A DNA stretch of 40,339 nucleotides from the NCBI RefSeq assembly GCF_003334815.1, contig NZ_QOWO01000034.1, one strand, 5' to 3'. Shown one piece after another: positions 10,473 through 20,758 of the stretch; position 1 is the stretch's first letter, and each line of letters begins with the position of its first letter. This DNA comes from Escherichia coli (GTDB lineage: Bacteria > Pseudomonadota > Gammaproteobacteria > Enterobacterales > Enterobacteriaceae). The notes under the pieces are model-generated. The model worked only from the letters and a program-made list of their open reading frames with translations, was not told the origin of the DNA and did no database searches. The position numbers and the translations under genes were made by a program.

Positions 10473-11213
10473 ATGTTAATTAATCGCAATATTGTGGCGT
10501 TATTTGCGTTGCCTTTTATGGCAAGCGCAACTGCTTCTGAATTATCCATTGGTGCTGGTGCGGCTTATAATGAATCGCCTAATCGCGGTTATAATGAAAA
10601 TACGAAGGCAATTCCGCTGATTAGTTATGAAGGTGATACTTTTTATGTTCGTCAGACCACGTTAGGTTTTATTCTGTCGCAAAGTGAAAAAAATGAACTT
10701 AGCCTGACCGCATCCTGGATGCCGCTGGAATTTGACCCTACCGATAATGACGATTATGCCATGCAACAGCTTGATAAGCGTGATAGTACGGCTATGGCGG
10801 GGGTTGCCTGGTATCACCACGAGCGTTGGGGAACCGTGAAAGCCTCTGCAGCTGCGGACGTTCTGGATAACAGCAACGGCTGGGTGGGGGAGCTATCGGT
10901 ATTCCACAAAATGCAGATAGGTCGTCTGTCGCTGACACCTGCGCTGGGCGTTCTCTATTATGACGAGAATTTCAGTGACTATTACTATGGCATTTCAGAG
11001 AGTGAGTCCCGTCGTAGCGGTCTGGCAAGTTATTCCGCGCAGGATGCCTGGGTGCCCTATGTCAGCCTGACGGCAAAATACCCGATAGGAGAGCACGTCG
11101 TATTGATGGCGAGCGCAGGATACAGCGAGCTGCCGGAAGAGATTACCGACAGCCCGATGATTGATCGTAATGAGAGTTTTACCTTTGTCACCGGGGTGAG
11201 CTGGCGTTTTTAA
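10473..11213 (+). CDS. yiaT: MipA/OmpV-family outer-membrane protein
   Basis: 246-aa ORF with a signal peptide (ALPFMASATA-SE), alternating beta-strand pattern and a C-terminal aromatic residue (..GVSWRF) typical of OM beta-barrels. Confidence 0.92.
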   Translation: MLINRNIVALFALPFMASATASELSIGAGAAYNESPNRGYNENTKAIPLISYEGDTFYVRQTTLGFILSQSEKNELSLTASWMPLEFDPTDNDDYAMQQLDKRDSTAMAGVAWYHHERWGTVKASAAADVLDNSNGWVGELSVFHKMQIGRLSLTPALGVLYYDENFSDYYYGISESESRRSGLASYSAQDAWVPYVSLTAKYPIGEHVVLMASAGYSELPEEITDSPMIDRNESFTFVTGVSWRF

Positions 11214-11468
11214 TTCACCGGTGGATGTCGGTGCGGCTGGTGCTCCGTCGTAATGCCACAAAGGTTGTTGCTCTGGATTGCTCTGTTCATACCGGGAACC
11301 TGGCGTCTGAATCAGGATCTTATGGCTGAACAATCCCTTGCCTTCAAATGTCGTAAATGGCGCATCGGCGGGCAGCAACAGGTTATGCAGTGACTCGACG
11401 TTGTCGGCCTGCTCCATGCAATACGGTTTAATGACGTTGGCTATTTCCGGCAGATTTTTCAGAAACAT
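11214..11468 (-). pseudogene. Probable gene remnant downstream of sgbE (K-12 annotates ysaC/ysaD remnants in this neighbourhood; exact boundaries not recalled)
   Basis: The ORF-track frame 10995..11468 starts MFLKNLPEIANVIKPYCMEQADNVESLHNLLLPADAPFTTFEGKG with no SD. It runs antisense into the yiaT 3' end. Only the non-overlapping part looks protein-like. Confidence 0.4.
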
Positions 11469-11529
11469 ACTGGTTTAACGCCAGCAGCGTGGAAGCGGCG
11501 TTACAGCAAGGAACATATCAATTCGTAGT

Positions 11530-11551
11530 GCCGGGGCGATGAAGCCCCGGC
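11530..11551 (-). terminator. GC-rich hairpin 9 nt after the sgbE stop (operon-end structure, non-canonical terminator)
   Basis: GCCGGGGC/GCCCCGGC forms an 8-bp stem with a 6-nt loop. No U-tract follows on the minus strand. Confidence 0.35.
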
Positions 11552-11559
11552 GTGAGGGA

Positions 11560-12255
11560 TTACTGCCCGTAATAGGCATTGGCCCCATGCTTACGCAGGT
11601 AGTGCTTATCCAGCAGTTCGTTTTGCATCGCAGGGAGCTGCGGCGCAAGCTGGCGCGAGAATAGACCCATATAGGCGCATTCTTCGAGTACTACGGCGTT
11701 ATGCACGGCATCGGCGGCGTTTTTACCCCATGCGAACGGGCCGTGAGAATGCACCAGCACCGCCGGGATTTGTGCCGGACTCCTGCCACGTTCTTCGAAG
11801 GTTTCAATGATCACTTCGCCGGTCTGATATTCATATTCGCCGTTAATCTCCTCTGCGGTCATCTGTCGCGTGCAGGGGATGGCACCGTAAAAATAATCGG
11901 CGTGGGTGGTGCCCCAGGCGGGGAGATCCAGCCCGGCCTGTGACCAGATGGTGGCGTGGCGCGAGTGGGTATGCACAATACCGCCAATTTCGGCATAGCG
12001 ACGGTAGAGCGCCAGATGCGTTGGTGTATCGGAAGAGGGTTTTTTGCTGCCTTCCACCACCTTACCGCTGGCTATCTCAACCACCACCATATCGTCGGCG
12101 GTCATCACGTCGTACTCGACGCCGGAAGGTTTGATTACCATCCATTGCCGCGTTTCGTCTACCGCGCTGACATTGCCCCAGGTGAACGTCACCAGATGGT
12201 GAGCGGGAAGCGCCAGATTCGCCGCCAGCACGTCGGCTTTCAGTTGCTCTAACAT
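11560..12255 (-). CDS. sgbE: L-ribulose-5-phosphate 4-epimerase (AraD/UlaF paralogue)
   Basis: 231-aa class II aldolase/adducin-fold ORF (FTWGNVS, HTHS). It overlaps the sgbU stop by 7 nt. Confidence 0.95.
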
Positions 12256-13109
12256 ATAAATCCAGCCTCCTGCATACGCGCTTCAATCCAACGCCGCGCC
12301 TGAATAATCTCCAGCACCGGCTCTTTGGCTTTTTCGGTCCACATCTCAATCAGGAAAGAACCGCGATAGTTCAGTTTATGCAGCGTTTTGAAGATGCCAA
12401 CGAAATCGACGCAGCCTTCGCCAAACGGCACGTCGCGGAACTGTCCGGGACTTTGCCCGGTGACTGGCTGGGTGTCTTTCAGGTGGATCGCGGCGATACG
12501 GTCAATGCCCAGTTTCAGTTCGGCGGGAACATCATTGCCCCAGGCGCTGAGGTTGCCGACGTCCGGGTAGACGGTGAACCACGGTGAGGCGAGCATCTCG
12601 TCCCATTTTTTCCATTTGCTGATGGAGTTCATAAACGCGGTATCCATAATCTCCACCGCCAGCATTACTTGTGATGCCGCCGCCTGTTCGACTGCCCACG
12701 CCAGCCCTTCAGCAAAACGTTGCCGGGTGCCTTCGTCGTGGTCTTCGTAATAGACGTCATAACCTGCCAGCTGGATGGTGCGAATGCCGAGATCGCGCGC
12801 CAGGCGAATCGCTTTACTCATGATTTCCCGCGCCCGTTCGCGCACTGCCTCGTCACGGCTACCAAAGGGAAAGCGACGATGTGCGGACAGGCACATCGAC
12901 GGGATCCCAACACCTGTTTCGATCATCGCGGCAACCAGCGAAGTCCTTTGTGCGGCGCTCCAGTCAAGACGTGAGAGCCGTTCGTCGGTTTCATCCACCG
13001 ACATTTCGACAAAATCAAAACCGCAGCTTTTTGCCAGCACCAGCCGCTCCGGCCAGGAGAGATCTTTCGCCAGCGCTTTTTCATAAATCCCTAACGGATG
13101 ATTACGCAC
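12249..13109 (-). CDS. sgbU: L-xylulose-5-phosphate 3-epimerase (UlaE paralogue)
   Basis: The ORF-track frame extends to 13199. The GTG at 13109..13107 gives the 286-aa protein (M)[12 protein letters not shown] and overlaps the sgbH stop by 8 nt. It has a TIM-barrel xylose-isomerase-like fold. Confidence 0.88.
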   Translation of the reverse strand: MRNHPLGIYEKALAKDLSWPERLVLAKSCGFDFVEMSVDETDERLSRLDWSAAQRTSLVAAMIETGVGIPSMCLSAHRRFPFGSRDEAVRERAREIMSKAIRLARDLGIRTIQLAGYDVYYEDHDEGTRQRFAEGLAWAVEQAAASQVMLAVEIMDTAFMNSISKWKKWDEMLASPWFTVYPDVGNLSAWGNDVPAELKLGIDRIAAIHLKDTQPVTGQSPGQFRDVPFGEGCVDFVGIFKTLHKLNYRGSFLIEMWTEKAKEPVLEIIQARRWIEARMQEAGFIC

Positions 13110-13764
13110 GCGCACCTCCCCAGATAGCGTCGATTTGCGCATGGAAATCGCCAGCCACTTGCGCCGGATTTGCCGCGCCTGCCAGTGCCCGCCCGGCAAT
13201 AAACGCTTTCACGCGGATATCTTTAAACAGCGGCAGGTCAGCAGGGGTAATCCCGCCAGTAATGGAAAGCTCAAGGCCGATATCTGAAAGCGCCTTCATG
13301 CGTGCCAGATCGGCTTCGCCCCACTGTTGCCCGCTGGCCTGTGCATCACGACCGCGATGATAAATGGCCTGCCGCACGCCAATACGATGCCAGTCGCGGG
13401 CGTCGTCCAGCGTCCAGTTACCGAACAGCTCTATCTGAATTTCACCCCCGCAGCGTTGTGCCATTGCGTGGCCTTTTTCTACCGTCGCGAGCGGCGCGGC
13501 GCAGATGATGGTCATCCAGTTAGCGCCTGCGCCAAACGCCTGTTGCGCGAGCGTTTCACCAGCGTCGGCGACCTTCCAGTCAGCAACGATGATTTTGTCC
13601 GGGCACTGTTCGCGCAAGGCTTTCACCGCGCCAAGCCCTTCGTTTAAACAGAGAATGGTGCCCGCTTCGACGATATCGACGCTGTCTTTTAACAGCGTCA
13701 CGTCGCGCTGCGCGGCTTCAAGTGATGAGTGGTCGAGGGCCAGTTGCAGAAGTGGTCGGCTCAT
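13102..13764 (-). CDS. sgbH: 3-keto-L-gulonate-6-phosphate decarboxylase (UlaD paralogue)
   Basis: 220-aa OMP-decarboxylase-family ORF. Its ATG overlaps the lyxK stop in ATGA. Confidence 0.95.
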   Translation of the reverse strand: MSRPLLQLALDHSSLEAAQRDVTLLKDSVDIVEAGTILCLNEGLGAVKALREQCPDKIIVADWKVADAGETLAQQAFGAGANWMTIICAAPLATVEKGHAMAQRCGGEIQIELFGNWTLDDARDWHRIGVRQAIYHRGRDAQASGQQWGEADLARMKALSDIGLELSITGGITPADLPLFKDIRVKAFIAGRALAGAANPAQVAGDFHAQIDAIWGGARA

Positions 13765-15257
13765 AATGTGTGCTCCTTAATGCGGGCGTGAAAGCCCTGA
13801 AGTGCGGCAATGAGATGCTGATAACGTTGATATTTTTTTTGGTAAAGCTGATGGGCGGTCATATCTGGCAGCAGGGTGCGCACCGGGTGTCGCAAGTCAC
13901 GTTGGGCTTCGCTGAAGTTGTGATAAACCCCGGTGCCGACGCGGGCGGCAAGGGCCGCACCAAAGCAGCCGGTTTCTTCCACCTGCGGCAGCTCGATACG
14001 CAGACCGCTGACGTCCGCCAGCATTTGCATCCAGACATCGGAGTGCGCCGGGCCGCCAGTGACGCGTAGGGTGTGAACATCAGTAAAACGTTCGCGCATT
14101 CGGTTGAGGTGGGTCATATGGCTGAACACCACCCCTTCATAGATGGCCTGCAACAGGTGCGCGCGGGTGTGAATGGCCTGCATCCCGTAGAAACCACTGG
14201 TCATCTCGAGTCCGGCGTTGCTGCCGTACAGGAACGGCAGGAAAAAGAGATCGCCCCCAGCCTTCGGCAAGCTGGCAACGGCCTGATTGATCTCATCAAA
14301 CGAGATTTCTCCCCACTGTGCGGTAAACCATTCGAGGTTGCCGGAAGAGGTAGGGCTGGCTTCGTGAACGATAAATTCACCATCGTTAACGTAGCGACCA
14401 TAGACATACGGATGCGCTTCACCGTCACGTAAACCGCGGGTTATGCCGCTGGTCACCGCCCAGGTCCCCATCACCGCATTGAGGGTAAATTCGTCTTCGA
14501 TCCCGGCGCAGAGTGCGGTGGAAACCACATCAAACAGGCCGCCAACAACGGGCGTACCCGCTTTCAGACCGGTCAGGGCGGCTGTCTGAGCGGTGATCTC
14601 CCCGCAGATTTCGGCAGATCCGACAACAGGCGGCAGGGCGTGATTGATTTCAGCGATCCCCAGCCAGTCGGTGAGGCACGGGTCATATTCCCCAAGACTC
14701 ATGTTGTAGAGGTTGGACTCGGAAATATTGCTCTCTTCACAGCCTTTGACGCCAGTTAAACACCAGCGCAGGTAGTCGTGCGTCATCATCACGCAGCCAA
14801 TTTGCGCGTAGCGTTCTGGTTCGTGCTCTTTCAGCCAGCGTAACAGCGACACCGGATGCCCGGTCCACAAGGTTTGTCGGGTCAGCGGGTAGAGTTTTTC
14901 CGGGATGCCATCTTCCTGCCAGCGACGAACGATTTCCATCGCCCGGCGGTCCGAGGACAAAATAGCATTCCCGAGCGGTTTGTCGTTTTTATCCAGCAAA
15001 AACAAGCCCTTTCCCTGTGCGGAGATGCCGATACCGACAATTTGTTCCCCGCTAACACCAGAATGAGTAAGCAGGGCGCGAATGACAGCCATGCAGCATT
15101 GCCACAGTTCTGCCATATCGCGCTCTGCCCAGCCTGGCTGCGGGCTTAATGCGCACAGCGGCAGGCGCTGCACGCCTGCCTCCCGGCCTTCGCGGTCATA
15201 CAGCCCGGCTTTCAGCCAGCTACCGCCACAATCTAACCCCAGCCAGTATTGCGTCAT
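13761..15257 (-). CDS. lyxK: L-xylulose / 3-keto-L-gulonate kinase (FGGY family)
   Basis: 498-aa ORF with an FGGY N-terminus (LGLDCGGSWLKAG) and C-terminal motif (GGPAHSDVWMQMLADV). Confidence 0.95.
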   Translation of the reverse strand: MTQYWLGLDCGGSWLKAGLYDREGREAGVQRLPLCALSPQPGWAERDMAELWQCCMAVIRALLTHSGVSGEQIVGIGISAQGKGLFLLDKNDKPLGNAILSSDRRAMEIVRRWQEDGIPEKLYPLTRQTLWTGHPVSLLRWLKEHEPERYAQIGCVMMTHDYLRWCLTGVKGCEESNISESNLYNMSLGEYDPCLTDWLGIAEINHALPPVVGSAEICGEITAQTAALTGLKAGTPVVGGLFDVVSTALCAGIEDEFTLNAVMGTWAVTSGITRGLRDGEAHPYVYGRYVNDGEFIVHEASPTSSGNLEWFTAQWGEISFDEINQAVASLPKAGGDLFFLPFLYGSNAGLEMTSGFYGMQAIHTRAHLLQAIYEGVVFSHMTHLNRMRERFTDVHTLRVTGGPAHSDVWMQMLADVSGLRIELPQVEETGCFGAALAARVGTGVYHNFSEAQRDLRHPVRTLLPDMTAHQLYQKKYQRYQHLIAALQGFHARIKEHTL

Positions 15258-15260
15258 GGT

Positions 15261-16247
15261 TTATTGCACCTCATCCACGGCTTTCAGCAGATCAGCTCCC
15301 TGCGGCACATCTTTAACAAACATGTCGCGAACCTGATTCCCCAGTGCGTCGCTAAAGGCTTTGCGGTCGAGATCGGTGATGACTTCCACGCCCGCTTCTT
15401 TCATGCCGTCGATGATTTTTTGCTGATCTTCAGCAACCAGTTTGCGCTGATAGTTACCCGCTTCTTGTGCAGATGAAACTAGCGCCTGCTGGAACTCCGG
15501 ACTTAAGCCATCAAACTTCGCTTTGTTGATCACCACCAGAAGCGGGGAATAGGCGTGGTGCGTCAGAGAAAGGAACTTCTGCACTTCGAAAAATTTTGCT
15601 GACCAGACGACGTTGATCGGGTGTTCCTGAGCGTCGATAGTGCGGGTTTCCAGCCCGGTATAGACTTCGGCAAACGGCATCGGGATCGGGTTAGCGCCAA
15701 AGACTTTGAATGCGGCGATATTCATCGGGCTATTGTTGGTGCGGATTTTCAGCCCTTTCAGGTCGGCGGGGGTTTTAACCGGTGCGCGCGAGTTGGTGAC
15801 ATCGCGCCAGCCGTTTTCCCAGTAGGCCAGTACTTTCAGTCCTTTACCTTCAAGTGAGGCTTTCAGATCATCACCGACTTTGCCGTCGAGCGTTTTATGC
15901 GCGTGAGCGGTATCGCGGAACAGGAAAGGGACATCAAGCAAGTTCATCACTGGTGATAACCCGGCAAAGTTATTCGAGCCGGACATTTCCATATCGATGG
16001 TGCCGCCACGTACGCCGCTGATCATCGCCTGCGCGTTACCGAGAGTGCTGTCCGGGAACAGTTTTAATTTCAGCTCGCCTTTGGTTCTCTCCTGCAATAA
16101 ATCATTGAATTTTTTCGCCGCAATATGTTGCGAGTCGGTTTGTGATGTTTCATAACCGAAACGTAAAGATTGTGCCGCCAGAGAAGATGTGCTGAATGCA
16201 GCCAGGCCAGCAATGAATAATGCGTAGGTTACAGAGCGTAATTTCAT
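15261..16247 (-). CDS. yiaO: TRAP transporter periplasmic solute-binding protein (DctP family)
   Basis: 328-aa ORF with a signal peptide (AAFSTSSLAA-QS) and DctP-family sequence. Confidence 0.95.
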   Translation of the reverse strand: MKLRSVTYALFIAGLAAFSTSSLAAQSLRFGYETSQTDSQHIAAKKFNDLLQERTKGELKLKLFPDSTLGNAQAMISGVRGGTIDMEMSGSNNFAGLSPVMNLLDVPFLFRDTAHAHKTLDGKVGDDLKASLEGKGLKVLAYWENGWRDVTNSRAPVKTPADLKGLKIRTNNSPMNIAAFKVFGANPIPMPFAEVYTGLETRTIDAQEHPINVVWSAKFFEVQKFLSLTHHAYSPLLVVINKAKFDGLSPEFQQALVSSAQEAGNYQRKLVAEDQQKIIDGMKEAGVEVITDLDRKAFSDALGNQVRDMFVKDVPQGADLLKAVDEVQ

Positions 16248-16259
16248 AATATTTTCCTT

Positions 16260-17537
16260 TTAATTAATCCATTTCAAAGGGAGGATGATGAGATCGGGAA
16301 TAAAAACAAATACGACTAATAATGAATATAAAACCAGGACGTAAGGGAAAACGCCTCTGACTGCATCATCGAATTTGAGTTTTGCCACCCCTGAAATAAC
16401 GTTAAGTACATTACCGATAGGCGGTGTAATTAAGCCGATTGAGCAGTTAATGATAAACATGACACCGAAATAAATCGGATCGATTCCTGCCTCTTTAACT
16501 AAAGGCATTAATACCGGGGTAAGAATTAATACCGTCGGCGTTAAATCCATGACCATGCCGACAATCAGGATAGCCACCATAATGACGATAAACAGCAGAC
16601 GCGGTGAATCGACCAACGGTTGCAGTAAATCAGAAACCATCATCGGCAGTTCAGCAATGGTAATCAGCCAGGCGGAAACTTGTGCCGAGGCCACCAGAAA
16701 CATAACCACTGAGGTGGTTTTCGCCGCGCCAATGAGTACATGCCAAAGTGTGGCGAAGGTCATTTCACGGTAAATAACTGTGGCGACAAACAGCGCATAG
16801 AAAGCAGCAACGGCCCCGGCTTCGGTAGGGGTAAACAGACCGGAGCGAAACCCGCCAATAATGATGACTGGAAGAAACAGCGCCCAGATACCGGAGACAA
16901 AAGAGTGCCAGATTTCCTGCATCGTTGCTTTTTGCTGGCGGGGTAAATTAAGGCGACTGGCCTGCCACCACCAGGTAAGCATCAGCGTTGCGCCCATCAT
17001 CATGCCAGGGGCAATGCCCGCCATAAACAGCTTACTGATGGATAATCCGCTGGAAACGCCGAAGATAATAAACGGAATGGAAGGGGGAATAATTGGCGCG
17101 ATAATGCCGCCAGAGGCAATCAGCCCCGCCGCCCGGTTGACCGGATAGTTGGCGCTGCGCATCATCGGCACCAGTAGAGCGGCAACGGCGGCGGTATCCG
17201 CAACGGCAGAACCAGAAAGGCTCGCCATAATCATAGCTGCCAGCACGCCGACGTAGCCCAGCCCGCCTGGTTTATGCCCCACCAGTTTCATCGGCAGGTC
17301 AACAATGCGTTTTGACAAGCCGCCCGCATTCATGATTTCACCCGCCAGCACAAAGAACGGAATCGCCAGCAGGGAGAAGCTATCGGCTCCGTTCACCAGC
17401 GTTTGTGCCATGATCTGGACATCAAACATGTCCAGCCAGAACATTAACGCCGCCCCGCACAACAACAGTGCCCAGGCAATAGGCAAACCGATAGCAATAC
17501 CACCCAACAGACAGCCCAGAAAAATCAGCACAGCCAT
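16260..17537 (-). CDS. yiaN: TRAP transporter large permease (DctM family)
   Basis: 425-aa polytopic membrane ORF, placed 2 nt after yiaM. Confidence 0.95.
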   Translation of the reverse strand: MAVLIFLGCLLGGIAIGLPIAWALLLCGAALMFWLDMFDVQIMAQTLVNGADSFSLLAIPFFVLAGEIMNAGGLSKRIVDLPMKLVGHKPGGLGYVGVLAAMIMASLSGSAVADTAAVAALLVPMMRSANYPVNRAAGLIASGGIIAPIIPPSIPFIIFGVSSGLSISKLFMAGIAPGMMMGATLMLTWWWQASRLNLPRQQKATMQEIWHSFVSGIWALFLPVIIIGGFRSGLFTPTEAGAVAAFYALFVATVIYREMTFATLWHVLIGAAKTTSVVMFLVASAQVSAWLITIAELPMMVSDLLQPLVDSPRLLFIVIMVAILIVGMVMDLTPTVLILTPVLMPLVKEAGIDPIYFGVMFIINCSIGLITPPIGNVLNVISGVAKLKFDDAVRGVFPYVLVLYSLLVVFVFIPDLIILPLKWIN

Positions 17538-17539
17538 GA

Positions 17540-18013
17540 TTAAGCTCCTTGCGGTGGCGACGTTAGAGAATTGCTACGCGTGATGAGTTGATATAAATGA
17601 CGCAGTTCAAAGAATGCGATAACGAGGCTGGTGGGCAGACAAGCGGCATACATCAGGCCGATGGGTAAACCGAGGATCGGTGAATAATCGCTCCAGTCCT
17701 GAATTGTTTTTAGCGTTGCGCCCCAGGCCAGTGCGCCACAAATAAATAAGATTAAGGAATGGGTAACCAGAGCGACTCGTCGCTGCCATGCGGGGGAGAG
17801 TTTCTCCACCAGAAAGGTGACCTGAACGTGGGCGTTATCCATAAAAGCTACAATCGCGCCAATAAACGTTAACCAGACAAATAAATAACGTGACAATTCA
17901 TCAACAGATAAAATGCTTGTCTGAAAACCATATCTTAAAATAATGTTTATAAATACAATACAGGAAAGTACGGCGAGATTAATCGCCAGTATTGCTTCGA
18001 GTATTTTTTTCAT
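17540..18013 (-). CDS. yiaM: TRAP transporter small permease (DctQ family)
   Basis: 157-aa ORF with four predicted TM helices, immediately upstream of yiaN. Confidence 0.93.
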
Positions 18014-18130
18014 AGCTATTCCTTGAGGCTATGTCTGTCATAATTCAAGTCGCATGTGCAGCAACCTGAATTATTAATATAGTTAGAGCAATAACATTAC
18101 CCAGGCGTTCTGGCGTAGACGATTATTCGA

Positions 18131-18601
<471 letters not shown>

Positions 18602-18609
18602 TTATCTCC

Positions 18610-19608
18610 TCATAACGCCTGGATTTTGGCCCACACGCTGTCATCAACAGTGATGCCGTTACGGCGGTTTTCGGCCAGCAGGGTAGTAAATTCATGGCCG
18701 GGTAAGCGAATGGCCTGATTTTCGTCAGCACGCTCGGCACTAGTAACGTAATCCATGATGCGTTGCAGCTTGGCATCGCGGGTGGGACCGTCGATAAGCT
18801 TGTCCACTTCAATGGCAATAAAAATTTGTGAAATGCCGTATTCGTCGCTGTTGTCCTGGGTGACTTCGGCAACGGATGCGCCGTCGGAAAGGAGAGTAGC
18901 GATCATATCCAGCACAATCGACATGCCAGAACCTTTCCAGTAGCCCATCGGCAAAATGCGGCGATTCTTCTCGATAACGCCAGGTTCTTTGGTCAAATTG
19001 CCCTCATCATCAAAGCCACCATCGACCGGGAGCTGACGACCTGCCAGACGGTTAACTTCTAACATGCCGTAAGAGAACATCGACATCGACATATCGACCA
19101 TGGTGATCGGCGTGGAAGGAATGGCGACGATCAGCGGGTTAGTGCCGATGCGACACTCTTTTGCGCCCCACGGCGGCATTACGGCGATGGAGTTGGTCCA
19201 GCAAATGCCAATATAGCCTTTTTCCGCCGCCTGCCAGCCGTAGCTGCCGCCGCGCATCCAGTGGTTGGCATTACGTAGTGCCACCAGACCAATACCGTGA
19301 TCGGCAGCCAGTTCAATGGCGCGATCCATCATCTTTTTCGCTGTCAGGTTACCGATCGAACGCTGGGCGTCCCACTGTTCAATTGCGCCGAGGCTGGTTA
19401 TACGTTTGGGTTGGGCATCAGGAATGATATCGCCGTTTTCCAGTTGTTGAATGAAACGAGGGAAACGATTAACGCCGTGAGAATAAACGCCGGATTCGGT
19501 GGTGCGGGCGAACATCTCTGCACAGGCGTCAGCCGTTTCGCTGTCAACGCCGCGTGAAATTAAGACCCGATTAAAGGCTGCTTTTAACTGCTCAAATGTC
19601 ACTTTCAT
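18610..19608 (-). CDS. yiaK: 2,3-diketo-L-gulonate reductase (Ldh_2 family)
   Basis: 332-aa ORF and first gene of the operon. Recognised as YiaK. Confidence 0.95.
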
Positions 19609-19808
19609 CCCAGGCTTCCTTGTTTTTTTGATCGCTTTTTTGGCTTAAAATTTCAATATGCGAAACTTGATTTCAAATATATCGATCACTTTTTAACAAA
19701 GCAATCTGATTGATGAATTTCAAAAGACATAAAAATCAATTGGTTATAAATTATCTGTCGAGATCGTGAACTACGGCACACTTTGCGCTACCATCAGGAC
19801 GCGACAAA
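19609..19808. promoter_or_regulatory. Divergent yiaK / yiaJ control region
   Basis: 200-bp AT-rich spacer with three copies of ATTTCAA (19650-19656, 19670-19676, 19717-19723), the first two 20 bp apart. YiaJ, CRP and IHF control of this region is published, but I have not mapped the exact sites. Confidence 0.6.
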
Positions 19809-20657
19809 ATGGGGAAAGAAGTGATGGGAAAAAAAGAGAACGAGATGGCGCAGGAAAAAGAGCGTCCAGCCGGAAGCCAGAGTCTGTTTCGCGGGTTGAT
19901 GCTGATTGAGATTTTGAGCAACTATCCAAACGGTTGTCCGTTGGCGCATCTTTCGGAGCTGGCTGGTTTAAATAAGAGTACCGTCCATCGCTTATTGCAG
20001 GGATTACAGTCCTGCGGCTATGTGACCACCGCGCCTGCCGCAGGGAGTTATCGCCTGACCACCAAATTTATTGCCGTCGGGCAGAAGGCGCTGTCTTCGC
20101 TGAATATCATTCATATCGCCGCTCCGCATCTTGAGGCACTGAACATCGCCACTGGTGAAACCATTAACTTCTCCAGCCGCGAAGACGATCACGCTATTTT
20201 GATTTATAAGCTGGAACCCACAACCGGGATGCTGCGAACCCGTGCCTATATTGGCCAGCATATGCCGCTCTACTGTTCCGCAATGGGCAAGATCTACATG
20301 GCGTTTGGTCACCCGGACTACGTGAAGTCATACTGGGAAAGCCATCAGCATGAGATCCAGCCGTTAACCCGCAATACCATTACCGAGCTGCCCGCGATGT
20401 TCGACGAACTGGCGCACATTCGTGAAAGCGGAGCGGCGATGGACAGAGAAGAAAACGAACTCGGCGTCTCCTGTATTGCTGTTCCGGTGTTTGATATTCA
20501 TGGGCGGGTGCCGTACGCCGTGTCGATTTCGCTTTCGACATCACGTCTGAAACAGGTGGGAGAGAAAAATCTCCTGAAACCACTGCGTGAAACCGCGCAG
20601 GCTATTTCTAATGAACTGGGATTTACTGTCAGGGATGACCTGGGCGCGATCACATAA
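19809..20657 (+). CDS. yiaJ: IclR-family transcriptional repressor of the yiaK-sgbE operon
   Basis: 282-aa ORF with an IclR HTH (LSELAGLNKSTVHRLLQGL) and a C-terminal effector domain. Confidence 0.93.
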   Translation: MGKEVMGKKENEMAQEKERPAGSQSLFRGLMLIEILSNYPNGCPLAHLSELAGLNKSTVHRLLQGLQSCGYVTTAPAAGSYRLTTKFIAVGQKALSSLNIIHIAAPHLEALNIATGETINFSSREDDHAILIYKLEPTTGMLRTRAYIGQHMPLYCSAMGKIYMAFGHPDYVKSYWESHQHEIQPLTRNTITELPAMFDELAHIRESGAAMDREENELGVSCIAVPVFDIHGRVPYAVSISLSTSRLKQVGEKNLLKPLRETAQAISNELGFTVRDDLGAIT

Positions 20658-20758
20658 CGCTTTGGACAAGTGCCAAAACTTTAACATTTCCTTCGTTGGA
20701 TCAAAGCAGTAGGGACGCGCTCTCTGGCACTCTGCTGTTTTAGTGCAAAGGAGTGATC

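Noticed and set aside
10995-11213. The C-terminal part of the 157-aa minus-strand ORF that overlaps the yiaT 3' end.
   Set aside because: It is antisense to the well-supported yiaT. Only the portion outside yiaT (11214-11468) is considered a possible remnant.
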